In this document: positions 50,184 through 60,285 of the stretch, piece by piece
How the letters are laid out: each line of letters opens with the position of its first letter
Position numbering within the stretch: the stretch's first letter is position 1
IMG/VR virus record: IMGVR_UViG_3300008459_007659
Span: 62,001 to 126,000 of that record
Reading direction: 5' to 3' (one strand)
DNA from: an uncultured virus (IMG/VR IMGVR_UViG_3300008459_007659)
Lineage: Duplodnaviria; Heunggongvirae; Uroviricota; Caudoviricetes
Length of the DNA stretch: 64,000 nucleotides
Position numbers and translations under genes: made by a program
Notes under the pieces: generated by a model
What the model was told of the DNA's origin: nothing
Database searches by the model: none
What the model saw: only the letters and a program-made list of their open reading frames with translations

Positions 50184-52444
50184 TGAGTTGTGGTTTACCA
50201 TATGTGTATAATTATTTTGTAAGCGGAGATTGCTCTAATATAGGTGCTGGAGTAGTATCATTTGATATTACAGGAAGTACCGCTCCTCCATATTCTGTAA
50301 TGGAATTAACCACATCAGGTTTGTTACCGACTTCTGCGTCTACTACTTCATATTATTTTAGTGGTTTAACTGGTGGTTCATATAGTTTGGAAATTACGGA
50401 TTCTTGTTTAAGTCCAGGACCTTCATCCGCAATAATAAATTTTAATATATCTACAGGTAGTTGTTTATCAATATCGTCAACAACAAATACAACTTGTGGT
50501 AATAATAACGGATCTTTAACCTCAACATTCTCAGTTGATTATGGGGGTGGAGAAGTTTTTCTATATGAAACAACAAATGGGTATCAATCAAGTGGTGCAA
50601 CAACCCTTGGTAGTTATACTTTTAATTCATTATCAGGTGGTACATATTATGTTATCGGAAATGATGGAGGTGGATGTACTGGGAAAAGTGAAAGTTGTAT
50701 TGTAAAATCCTCAACAACGGTTGATTTTGGTGTTTATGTTATAAATGATGGTAGTTGTGTTGCACTTGATGGAAGTGGGAAGATAATTGTTACAGGACAG
50801 ACGGGAACATCACCATATACATATAGTTGGAGTAGTAATGCGAATGGACAAACAGGTTCTACAGTTACAGGATTAACGAGCGGTGTTTATAGTGTGACTA
50901 TGACGGATTCGTTAGGATGTTCAAAAACACTAACAAATATTACGGTGAACCAAGTGTTACCTGTTGGTATTGTTAATTTTACTATTGTGTCACCAAGTTG
51001 TTTCTCAAATGACGGGGAGGTTACAGTCCAACTTACAGGAGGGACATCACCTTTCTATTATTCAGGATCAAATGGTAGTGTCGCAATTTCATTCTCAGAT
51101 AGTTATACATTTACGGGGTTATCTTCAGGTGATTTTACTGTTAATGTTACCGATGCTGGATTATGTACTAGCTCACAAACAACAACATTATTAACACCTA
51201 ACGGATTCTCAATTCTTAATCTTAGTACGGTTAATTCAAATTGTAATAATAGTGACGGACAAATTTTTATTGAATTAAATGGTGGTTCTAATGTTGGTAC
51301 ATATGTTTACACTTTAATAAATTCTTTAGGTAATACTGTATCTACATCAACTGAAGGTAATAATTATCATTCGCCACCATTATCATCGGATACATATACT
51401 ATTTTGATTAGTGGAGGTTCTTGTGTATTTACCGCAACAACAATAATAAATAATACTAATTTATATACAATTACCGCAAATACCACAGGTACAACTTGTG
51501 GTTTTAATAATGGGACAATACAGATTTTAGCGTCAAGTGGGGGTACACTACCATATACCTATCAAATCACCGGATTTCCACCTGGACCCGTATCAACATT
51601 TAGTAATTTATCTCCAGGATTTTATGATGTAACTGTAACGGATTCAGGAGGTTGTCAACAAATTGAAACGGTATATATTACAGGATCGTCTCCAGTGTAT
51701 TTTGATTTTTTTGCTACACAACCTATAAGTGGGAATGATGGAGAACTTGATGTATTAATAACAAGTGGGGAGCCACCGTTTATTTTAAATTGGAGTTCTA
51801 ATGTTAATGGACAAACAGGAACTACCGTGACTGGTTTAACTGCGGGAACATATTCATTAGAGGTAATTGATGATAATGGATGTGCATTAATTAAAACGAT
51901 TGAATTATTTGGAACAGTACTATATAGTAGTTATCAAACATATAGAGTATGTTCTAATAATTTCCAAAATAGTGGTACTCTTGGTAGAAGAGGTATACAA
52001 CAAATGTTAAATGAAGGTTTCTTTGATTTAACATCGGGAGATACTAATTGTATATTAAATTCTGCTATTTTTACGCTTGATGTGACAGTAAATGGTGTTA
52101 ATTCTCAAACCGTATTTTATACATCAACAGGACTTGATGATTACCCAACAGATGAGGAATGGGTTAATGAAATTAAAACTTCTTTATATGGTTTTTCGGG
52201 AATTACTTCGGTTGAAACCAATATTGAAACTAATAAAATAATAATTAAGAGTGGTTGTTTAACTGGAGGCACAACTTGTCAACCTACGGTAACAACACAA
52301 TTGGATGACACAAGAGTAATAATTAATTTGTTAATAGATTATGACATATCTTGTGTGGAATGTGGAGTATATCAAAAAGTTTTCCAAGACGACTTTGAGT
52401 TTGTATTCCAAGATGATAATAGTTATATATTCCAAGGACAGTAA
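50183..52444 (+). CDS. SprB-repeat-like, Cys-rich virion protein
   Basis: Repeated C...DG.I....GGT.PY.Y.WS....TGLT.G.Y.V...D..GC units. Confidence 0.75.
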   Translation: MSCGLPYVYNYFVSGDCSNIGAGVVSFDITGSTAPPYSVMELTTSGLLPTSASTTSYYFSGLTGGSYSLEITDSCLSPGPSSAIINFNISTGSCLSISSTTNTTCGNNNGSLTSTFSVDYGGGEVFLYETTNGYQSSGATTLGSYTFNSLSGGTYYVIGNDGGGCTGKSESCIVKSSTTVDFGVYVINDGSCVALDGSGKIIVTGQTGTSPYTYSWSSNANGQTGSTVTGLTSGVYSVTMTDSLGCSKTLTNITVNQVLPVGIVNFTIVSPSCFSNDGEVTVQLTGGTSPFYYSGSNGSVAISFSDSYTFTGLSSGDFTVNVTDAGLCTSSQTTTLLTPNGFSILNLSTVNSNCNNSDGQIFIELNGGSNVGTYVYTLINSLGNTVSTSTEGNNYHSPPLSSDTYTILISGGSCVFTATTIINNTNLYTITANTTGTTCGFNNGTIQILASSGGTLPYTYQITGFPPGPVSTFSNLSPGFYDVTVTDSGGCQQIETVYITGSSPVYFDFFATQPISGNDGELDVLITSGEPPFILNWSSNVNGQTGTTVTGLTAGTYSLEVIDDNGCALIKTIELFGTVLYSSYQTYRVCSNNFQNSGTLGRRGIQQMLNEGFFDLTSGDTNCILNSAIFTLDVTVNGVNSQTVFYTSTGLDDYPTDEEWVNEIKTSLYGFSGITSVETNIETNKIIIKSGCLTGGTTCQPTVTTQLDDTRVIINLLIDYDISCVECGVYQKVFQDDFEFVFQDDNSYIFQGQ

Positions 52445-52746
52445 TGACACAATTGGTGATAAGTAATGTTACAGGATTAACAATACCATATCAAATATAT
52501 GTTTGTGATGTTTATGGTAATAATTGTACAATAGTTGCAACTGTAAATACTGTAATTCCACCAATGGTTACAATTACATTACCATCACAATTTAATATGT
52601 CACCAGCAATAGGAGTATTAGTAAAAGATTTATATTGTGAAAGATTTATTGTTTTAAATTGCGTTAATTTACCACCTGTAGGAAAACAATTCCAAGACGG
52701 AGATTACTTCTTCTTTATGGATTATAGCATTTATCAGTTCCAATAA
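52444..52746 (+). CDS. small Cys-containing virion protein with a C-terminal FQD motif
   Basis: 100 aa; TAATG-coupled; its C-terminus is homologous to that of the upstream gene. Confidence 0.6.
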   Translation: MTQLVISNVTGLTIPYQIYVCDVYGNNCTIVATVNTVIPPMVTITLPSQFNMSPAIGVLVKDLYCERFIVLNCVNLPPVGKQFQDGDYFFFMDYSIYQFQ

Positions 52747-52780
52747 TGAATTAAAGTGTATTTATATATAAAAAAGAATA

Positions 52781-55700
52781 ATGGCATTTTTAACGGATCA
52801 AATACCAGCAACCGGGGTTAATTTAACTGATTTATTTCACATAGTGGATCCTAATGATTTATCACAAGGTAATCCTGCTGGATCATCATATAAAGCGTGT
52901 TTTCAGCAAGTACTTGGAGCATTAACGGGTGGAACATCTGTTATGATAGTTGGTTCTGGAATTGGTTCGGTTGAAAGATGTGGTAATAATAATGATGCAA
53001 GTGGGAACTACTCCACTGTAAGTGGTGGTAGAGTAAATACATCAAGTTGTAATTGGTCAACTGTAAGTGGGGGGTATTGTAACACATCAAGTGGGTGTTA
53101 TTCGACAGTAGGTGGCGGACAACAAAATGGTTCAACATCTAATAATTCAACTGTAAGTGGCGGGTATTGTAATACAATCTTAACAGGAGCAACAAACTCA
53201 ACTATAGGTGGAGGGAACTCCAATACAATACTAATAGGATCAACTTTAACAACGATTGGTGGTGGTGGTTTGAATACATCAAGCGGTTCTAGATCAACCG
53301 TAAGTGGTGGTGTTGGTAACACATCAAGTGGTGGTGGATCAACAGTTGGTGGTGGTCAAAGTAACGAATCAAATGGGGCTAACTCAACCGTAAGTGGAGG
53401 TTATTATAATACATCAAGTGGTGACTGGTCAACAATTGGCGGTGGTAGTGGGAATACATCAAGTAATTATTTTTCAACAATTGGCGGTGGTAGAAGTAAC
53501 ACATCAAGTGGGTGTTACTCAACCGTTGGTGGTGGTAAATGTAACACATCATCAGGTACTTATTACTCAACTATAAGTGGAGGATATCGTAATACATCAA
53601 TTGGTAGTGAATCAACCATAGGTGGGGGGCGTTTTAATACCTCAAGCGGTTACTATTCAACTATAAGTGGAGGACGTTGTAACTCATCAATTGGTGCGGA
53701 TTCAACCATAAGTGGTGGTCTTAGTAACAAAACAAATAGTGACACATCAACCATAGGTGGTGGGTGTAATAATACAATATTAACTGGTTCAACAAGTTCA
53801 TCAATTGGTGGTGGTGAATGTAATACAATCTTAACAGGATCAACAAGTTCATCAATTGGTGGTGGTGAATGTAATACAATCTTAACAGGATCAACACATT
53901 CAACAATTGGAGGGGGTGTGAGTAATACTTCAAGCGATTATTATTCAACCGTAGGTGGTGGTGCAAACAACACTTCAAGTGGAGGTAGATCAACCATAAG
54001 TGGGGGAGCAAGTAGTACATCAAGTGGATATTATTCAACCGTAGGTGGTGGTAGATGTAATAGATCGTTAGGGGATTCTACAACCGTAGGTGGTGGTCAA
54101 TTTAATAGGGCGTGTGGTCAAATATCAACAATAAGTGGGGGGCGAGCAAATATTTCGTGTGGAACATATAGTTCAGTCGGTGGTGGAAACGCTAATACGT
54201 CAAGTAGTTATGCATCAACTGTTGGAGGTGGATTCAGTAACACATCTTATGGTGTGTGTTCAACAGTAAGTGGTGGTCGTCAAAATACATCGGTTGGTGA
54301 TACCTCAACGGTAAGTGGGGGTATAGGTAATACATCATTAGGAGCGTGCTCAGTAATTGGTGGGGGTGTTTGTAATACAAATATGTCTACGGGTGGTTTT
54401 ATAGGATCAGGTTGTGGAAATACTTCGTGTGATGTTTATAGTTTAGTAGTTGGAGGTTATTTTAATAAAGTTAACGGTAAAGCTTCAACAGTTAGTGGAG
54501 GTTATTGTAATACAATATTAGCTGGAGCAACAAGTTCAACCATTGGTGGTGGACAACAAAATACAATATTAGCATCAGCAGCAAACTCAACCATTGGTGG
54601 AGGTAGTGGTAACACAATAAGTAGTTTTTCATCAGTCGTAGTAGGTGGATGTTTAAACACGTCAAGTGGGGGATACTCATTTATCGGTGGTGGTAGAAGA
54701 AATGTGTCAATCGGTTTTATATCAACCGTAAGTGGAGGTTATTGTAACACATCAATCGGAGATTGCTCAACCGTAGGTGGTGGTAGAGGTAACACATCAA
54801 GTGGGTGTTATTCAACCGTTGGTGGGGGAACGCAAAATAAAAGTAATGGTGTAGTATCAACAATAAGTGGGGGTAGAACTAATACCGCATCAAATTATTT
54901 TACATTTATTGGTGGAGGTAGAGGTAACACATCAAGTGGGTGTTATTCGACAATAGGTGGTGGATGTTTGAATCGATCTTTAGGTGTTGGATCAACAATA
55001 GGTGGTGGATTGCAAAATATAACAAGTGGTAATTGTTCGTCAATATTAGGAGGAATTAGTAATACATCAAATTGTAATGGATCAACCGTAGGTGGTGGTT
55101 GTCGTAATACTGCATCAAATTATTTTTCGTTTGTTGGTGGAGGACTACAAAATACAAATAATGGTGTTTGGGGTACCTTATCTGGAGGTATATGTAATAG
55201 ACTTATAGGTAACGGAGCATCAATTGGTGGTGGTTCTAACAATACTGCTTGTGGAGATTATTCGGTAATAAGTGGTGGAATATCGGGAACTACAACGGCA
55301 AGTAATAATTTCATTGGTGGAGGAAGTAATAACACAACAACAGGAAACTACTCCTCAATTTTAGGTGGAGTATTTAACACCTCAATAGGAAATTATTCTT
55401 CAATTTTAGGAGGTTCAGGAAATACCGTAACACATAATTGTTCATCGGCTTTTGGTGTTGGTATTACATCGGTTTCAGCGTGTACATTCCATACAAATTA
55501 TTTAACATTACAAAATACACCAGATACTGATCCGTCAAATACAAATTTCTTGGTGAGAGATACATCAACAGGTGTCGTTAAATCAAGAGATATTTCATTA
55601 CCGTTGAATTATGCGACCTCCGCAATAACATCATCACAAACATTAACTTGGGATAAAAGTTATTGGGGGGTTAGTGGTTCATCAAATGTTGATTTAACAT

Positions 55701-55888
55701 TACCGACAACAACATCGAAAGATGGTTATTATTTATTGATAAAAGATGAAGCAGGAACTTCTGGTTCATACAGAATAAGATTAACGCCAGCATCAGGATT
55801 GATTGATGGTAATTCATATGTTGATATGAATATAAACTATATGTCTCTTACTGTTATGGTGAGAAACGGAAATTGGTATATAATATGA
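52781..55888 (+). CDS. tail fibre/adhesin 1 with Gly/Ser beta-roll repeats
   Basis: Dozens of 15-17-aa STV(S/G)GG..NTSSG.Y repeats; C-terminal LTLP....G....IKDEAG......I......IDG...W domain. Confidence 0.75.
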   Translation: MAFLTDQIPATGVNLTDLFHIVDPNDLSQGNPAGSSYKACFQQVLGALTGGTSVMIVGSGIGSVERCGNNNDASGNYSTVSGGRVNTSSCNWSTVSGGYCNTSSGCYSTVGGGQQNGSTSNNSTVSGGYCNTILTGATNSTIGGGNSNTILIGSTLTTIGGGGLNTSSGSRSTVSGGVGNTSSGGGSTVGGGQSNESNGANSTVSGGYYNTSSGDWSTIGGGSGNTSSNYFSTIGGGRSNTSSGCYSTVGGGKCNTSSGTYYSTISGGYRNTSIGSESTIGGGRFNTSSGYYSTISGGRCNSSIGADSTISGGLSNKTNSDTSTIGGGCNNTILTGSTSSSIGGGECNTILTGSTSSSIGGGECNTILTGSTHSTIGGGVSNTSSDYYSTVGGGANNTSSGGRSTISGGASSTSSGYYSTVGGGRCNRSLGDSTTVGGGQFNRACGQISTISGGRANISCGTYSSVGGGNANTSSSYASTVGGGFSNTSYGVCSTVSGGRQNTSVGDTSTVSGGIGNTSLGACSVIGGGVCNTNMSTGGFIGSGCGNTSCDVYSLVVGGYFNKVNGKASTVSGGYCNTILAGATSSTIGGGQQNTILASAANSTIGGGSGNTISSFSSVVVGGCLNTSSGGYSFIGGGRRNVSIGFISTVSGGYCNTSIGDCSTVGGGRGNTSSGCYSTVGGGTQNKSNGVVSTISGGRTNTASNYFTFIGGGRGNTSSGCYSTIGGGCLNRSLGVGSTIGGGLQNITSGNCSSILGGISNTSNCNGSTVGGGCRNTASNYFSFVGGGLQNTNNGVWGTLSGGICNRLIGNGASIGGGSNNTACGDYSVISGGISGTTTASNNFIGGGSNNTTTGNYSSILGGVFNTSIGNYSSILGGSGNTVTHNCSSAFGVGITSVSACTFHTNYLTLQNTPDTDPSNTNFLVRDTSTGVVKSRDISLPLNYATSAITSSQTLTWDKSYWGVSGSSNVDLTLPTTTSKDGYYLLIKDEAGTSGSYRIRLTPASGLIDGNSYVDMNINYMSLTVMVRNGNWYII
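53789..53896 (+). repeat. perfect 51-bp tandem duplication in fibre 1
   Basis: TCAACAAGTTCATCAATTGGTGGTGGTGAATGTAATACAATCTTAACAGGA occurs twice (53789-53839, 53840-53890), followed by TCAACA. Confidence 0.95.
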
Positions 55889-57105
55889 GTTTTATTTTTA
55901 ATAATCAAGTATCTTATAGTGACAGTGCAAATTTAGATGCATTTGGTAGGTTAAGAACTGCCGCAGTCCAAAATTTATTGGACATTAAACACGTATACGA
56001 TAAAAATCCATTACAAGTAAATGAGGTTACCGCAGGAACTGCAACGTCAATTTTTAATCAACAATTTGCGAGAGTTAGAATGTCAACTGCGGCAAATAAT
56101 GATTTAGTTATAAGACAATCAAAAACACACCCTATTTACCAACCAGGAAAAAGTCAATTATTCCAAGCAAGTTTCTCAAATTTTCAGTTAGAAACAAATG
56201 TCATAAAAAGGGTGGGAGGATTCACCTCAACAACGGCATCTACATATAATTCGGTTTTTGATGGGTTCTTTTTAGAAAGTAATGGGGTAACAAACGAAAT
56301 AAGTTTTCAAATATGGAGATCGGGAACTACGGTTTATAGTGCGGCAACAACCGTATGGAACACTAATGAATTTAACCCAATAGGTTTAGATTGGTCTAAC
56401 ACTAATTTAATGTCAGTTGATTATCAATGGTTAGGTGTTGGTAGAATGAGATTTGGTTTGGATTTAGATGGAATATTAATTTATTTTACCGAACATAATT
56501 GTGCTAATAACGAACCAAATGTTTATATGTCATCACCAAATCAACCAATAAGGTATGAAATAAGACAAGTTGGTGTTGGTTCAGGAAGTTTTGATATGAT
56601 ATGTTCACAAGTATCAACCGAAGGAGCATTAAACGGACTATATTCCACTGTAGGAGTTATAAACTCAACCACTGCAGATTTAAATTCGTCAGGTACAAAA
56701 TATCCATATATTGGTTATAGACTTAAACCAAGTTATAAATCAGTGACATCGCAATATAGTAGTTTGAGTATTTTAAATACCTCAAATGATAATTACTTAG
56801 TGACTATTGAATTTAATCCTACATTATCTGCAACTCCAAGTTGGACAGATATACCAAATTCACCATTTCAATATTCAATATATAATGGGACTGTTACAAC
56901 AACGATAACATCACCAGGTCACATTATGTCGTCTTTAATTGGTGAATCAGGATCATCAGCACTTTCAACAATTAAAGTGGATGATAATCAAATTAGAGTT
57001 GGTTCTAATGTTGATGGAACACTTGATGAAATGTGGGTATGTATAACACCATTAAGTGCAAGTGCAACATTTTTGGGAACCGCAGAAGTATTATATTATT
57101 TATAA
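55885..57105 (+). CDS. putative beta-sandwich virion protein (lectin-like)
   Basis: ATG at 55885 overlaps the fibre 1 stop. DAFGRLR, YQPGKSQ and DYQWLGVGRMRFG motifs as seen in phage structural proteins. Confidence 0.5.
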   Translation: MSFIFNNQVSYSDSANLDAFGRLRTAAVQNLLDIKHVYDKNPLQVNEVTAGTATSIFNQQFARVRMSTAANNDLVIRQSKTHPIYQPGKSQLFQASFSNFQLETNVIKRVGGFTSTTASTYNSVFDGFFLESNGVTNEISFQIWRSGTTVYSAATTVWNTNEFNPIGLDWSNTNLMSVDYQWLGVGRMRFGLDLDGILIYFTEHNCANNEPNVYMSSPNQPIRYEIRQVGVGSGSFDMICSQVSTEGALNGLYSTVGVINSTTADLNSSGTKYPYIGYRLKPSYKSVTSQYSSLSILNTSNDNYLVTIEFNPTLSATPSWTDIPNSPFQYSIYNGTVTTTITSPGHIMSSLIGESGSSALSTIKVDDNQIRVGSNVDGTLDEMWVCITPLSASATFLGTAEVLYYL

Positions 57106-57124
57106 AATAAAAATAGATTAAAAA

Positions 57125-58576
57125 ATGGCAAATCAAAAACTTACAGACAGAGTATTGGCAACGGGAGTCACATTAAATGATTTAATTCATATTGTAATTC
57201 CGACAGATATAACTGACGATCCTGCGGGTTCATCATATAAAGCAACCGTTAGTCAGATGATGGACACTATAAGTGGTTCCACAATTATGGTTTTGGATGC
57301 AGGAATTGGATCAACAATGAGATGTGATAATAATAATGAAGCGTCGGGAAGTTATTCAACAGTTAGTGGAGGTTATTGTAATACCTCAAGTGGAAATAAA
57401 TCAACTGTAAGTGGTGGATACCTTAATACATCGAGTAGTTATTACTCAACAGTTGGTGGTGGAGCGGCTAACACATCTAGTTGTGTTTATTCGACGGTAA
57501 GTGGTGGTCGTAACAACACATCAAGCGGTATTTATTCATTTATTGGTGGAGGATCCTTCAATAATAATAGTTCTTGTGGAAGTGTTATATCGGGTGGTGC
57601 AAATAATTTAACAGGACCAACAGGTGTTATCTCAACTCTAAGTTCATATACTCCAAGTGCTGGATTAGGTCTTGCAGATGCGACTTACGGACCTTATTCT
57701 CAAACAACAACAAGTGGTTATGGTGTTGGTGCGGATTTTACATTTGATGTTAGTGGTAATACAATAACTGGAGTTACAATCACAAATGGAGGTTTTGGAT
57801 ATAGTAATGGTGACACTATTTTTATTACAGGAACAACTTTTCCTGGTGGTACATCATCAAATGATGTTACATTAACTATTAATAATGTTTTAAGTAGTTA
57901 TTATTCAACCGTAAGTGGAGGACTAAATAATACATCAAGTGGAGATTGCTCAACCATAGGTGGAGGTAGAGGTAACACATCAAGTGGTAATGGTTCATTT
58001 GTTGGTGGCGGATCATTTAACAAATCAACTAATAATTTTTCAACAGTTGTAGGAGGTGCGGGTAACACATCAAGTTCTTATTATGTGACAATTGGTGGGG
58101 GAAAATACAACACATCAAGTGCTTGTTACTCAACCGTAAGTGGTGGATATAGAAATACAACATTAACGGGGTCAACATATTCAATAATAGGTGGTGGTCG
58201 TAGTAACACATCAAGTGCTTCGTATTCAACAATAAGTGGTGGGTATTGTAATACAATTTTAACAGGATCAACAAGTACAACAATTGGTGGTGGTTATCAA
58301 AATACAATATTAACAGGATCTACATATTCAACAATAAGTGGTGGTATATGTAACACATCAATTGGAATATCTTCGTCAATATTAGGTGGTTCTGGAAATA
58401 CGGTTATACACGATTGTTCATTTATTGTTGGTAATGGAATAGCAACTTCTTGTCCTAATACGACATATATGAATTGTTTATCAATTATGGATTTACCAAA
58501 TGAATCGTCATTACCATTACCTTCAGGTTCTGTTTATTATTGTACGACAGGTTGTGGTATTTACTATGTTCCATAA
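57125..58576 (+). CDS. tail fibre/adhesin 2, paralogue of fibre 1
   Basis: Shares the N-terminal LTD...ATGV.L.DL.HIV...PAGSSYKA domain and the STVSGG..NTSS repeats. Confidence 0.75.
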   Translation: MANQKLTDRVLATGVTLNDLIHIVIPTDITDDPAGSSYKATVSQMMDTISGSTIMVLDAGIGSTMRCDNNNEASGSYSTVSGGYCNTSSGNKSTVSGGYLNTSSSYYSTVGGGAANTSSCVYSTVSGGRNNTSSGIYSFIGGGSFNNNSSCGSVISGGANNLTGPTGVISTLSSYTPSAGLGLADATYGPYSQTTTSGYGVGADFTFDVSGNTITGVTITNGGFGYSNGDTIFITGTTFPGGTSSNDVTLTINNVLSSYYSTVSGGLNNTSSGDCSTIGGGRGNTSSGNGSFVGGGSFNKSTNNFSTVVGGAGNTSSSYYVTIGGGKYNTSSACYSTVSGGYRNTTLTGSTYSIIGGGRSNTSSASYSTISGGYCNTILTGSTSTTIGGGYQNTILTGSTYSTISGGICNTSIGISSSILGGSGNTVIHDCSFIVGNGIATSCPNTTYMNCLSIMDLPNESSLPLPSGSVYYCTTGCGIYYVP

Positions 58577-58665
58577 TTCACTTTTTACAATACTATAATA
58601 TCTTTATTTATAATTAATTTACTAAAAAATGGTAAGTTGATTATTTATAGTAAAAGAGAATATAA

Positions 58666-60252
58666 ATGTCCAATTGTTATTGTTTAGAATTTAGTTTTGC
58701 AAAGGTTAATCAGTATGATTTAACCTATCAAGATTGTAGTGGAAACACTGTAACAGAAACATTCCAAAGTGGTACAACATACAATATATGTAGTGAAAAT
58801 TTTGATCCAATAACAAATTGTTTAGATATTGATTTTGAAGTTAAAGGACTCTGTGTTAATGGAGTTTGCCCTGGTGGATTATTTAAATATCAAAATGAAT
58901 GCGATGTAATAACAATATTCCCATTGGGAGTACAATGTTTAACTGAAAATCCAACAACAAGTAATAGTTTTGACGGTGTGGCATCTTTGTATATTACAGG
59001 AGGTACACCACCATATTTTATATCATGGGAAAATGGTAATTATTCTCAAACATTAACAAATTTGGGTTCAGGAGAATATGATGCGGTTGTTACCGATTTT
59101 TATGGTGACTTTACCGCAAGAACAACTTGTTATTTAACCGCACCAAGTCCGACACCAACACCAACTCCTACACCAACTCCTACACCGATACCGGCATTTA
59201 GTGGTTTATGTTTAATTGTTGAAGGTAGAATAGGTAAAGATCCTTATCTTGAATTAATTGATTTTGGTTATAATGGGTATTATAATGGAAAACCAACTTG
59301 GACATCAACACCTTCAGGTTATGATGTGGTATGGATGAGTGGTACAAGTCAGTGGGAAGTGTCAGGATGGACATACGGTAGTTTAGTTAATTTAAATCCA
59401 GCTACACCACCTATTGCTGGATGGCAATCTATTGGTTCAGTACCACCAAATCCGTCAATATTATCGGTACAAATGAGTGAAGGAACTTGTGCAAGTCAAG
59501 ACATATTGAGATATGAATTAACAGTTAACCAACCTACTTGTGTTCGTAAAGATGGTTTAGGTGGATGTATTAGTGACGGAAGTATAATATTTAATATTAT
59601 TGATGGAGTTCCACCATATGAGTATAGTATAGATGGATTCAACTTCTTCCCTAACCAACCTATCTTCCAAAGTCTATGTCCTGGGTTATACACAACAATT
59701 GTTACAGACTCTTCAGGACAAACATTTAGTCAAATTGTGAATTTAATACAACCGGCAGCACCTCAAATATATGCACTAACATTATCACTAAACGCCACGT
59801 CAACCGCATTTAATGTTACGGTTTCACCACAATTACCTGTAGGTACTACTCTTTCATTTGATTTAGTACATGAGAAATATTTTACAGAACAACCTCAATT
59901 TAATGCGTACACTTGGAATAATGTGGTTACAGTAAATAAAAATATGATTCCTGTTCCATATAGTACAACCACTAATAGTGGGTCATCAAATGCTTTACCT
60001 GATAAAGTGTGTATTGGAGGTGTTGTTGTTGAGTCACTTACAACATTTACTTGGGATAATATAACTATGGTACAGGGAGACACTGTTAGTGGTACAATTA
60101 GTAATCCAACACCAATATTGAATCTACCTTTAGAAACTCACTGTTTATCTGAAAAACATTCATATAATTTATATTTAAATGATGTAAAGTTAACTAACTG
60201 TCCTTGTTGTTCGGTAACCGTAATAAATAAACCGATAGGAAAAGTAGGGTAA
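58666..60252 (+). CDS. Cys-rich virion protein with SprB-like repeats and a PT linker
   Basis: ITGGTPPYFISW, DGVPPYEYSIDG, PSPTPTPTPTPTPTP. Confidence 0.65.
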   Translation: MSNCYCLEFSFAKVNQYDLTYQDCSGNTVTETFQSGTTYNICSENFDPITNCLDIDFEVKGLCVNGVCPGGLFKYQNECDVITIFPLGVQCLTENPTTSNSFDGVASLYITGGTPPYFISWENGNYSQTLTNLGSGEYDAVVTDFYGDFTARTTCYLTAPSPTPTPTPTPTPTPIPAFSGLCLIVEGRIGKDPYLELIDFGYNGYYNGKPTWTSTPSGYDVVWMSGTSQWEVSGWTYGSLVNLNPATPPIAGWQSIGSVPPNPSILSVQMSEGTCASQDILRYELTVNQPTCVRKDGLGGCISDGSIIFNIIDGVPPYEYSIDGFNFFPNQPIFQSLCPGLYTTIVTDSSGQTFSQIVNLIQPAAPQIYALTLSLNATSTAFNVTVSPQLPVGTTLSFDLVHEKYFTEQPQFNAYTWNNVVTVNKNMIPVPYSTTTNSGSSNALPDKVCIGGVVVESLTTFTWDNITMVQGDTVSGTISNPTPILNLPLETHCLSEKHSYNLYLNDVKLTNCPCCSVTVINKPIGKVG

Positions 60253-60285
60253 AATAAAATATCAAACATAGTATTTATATAACAA

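Noticed and set aside
52781..58576. Diversity-generating retroelement or CRISPR array in the repeat region
   Set aside because: The repeats are in-frame coding units without unique spacers. There is no reverse transcriptase and no extended template/variable pair in the window.
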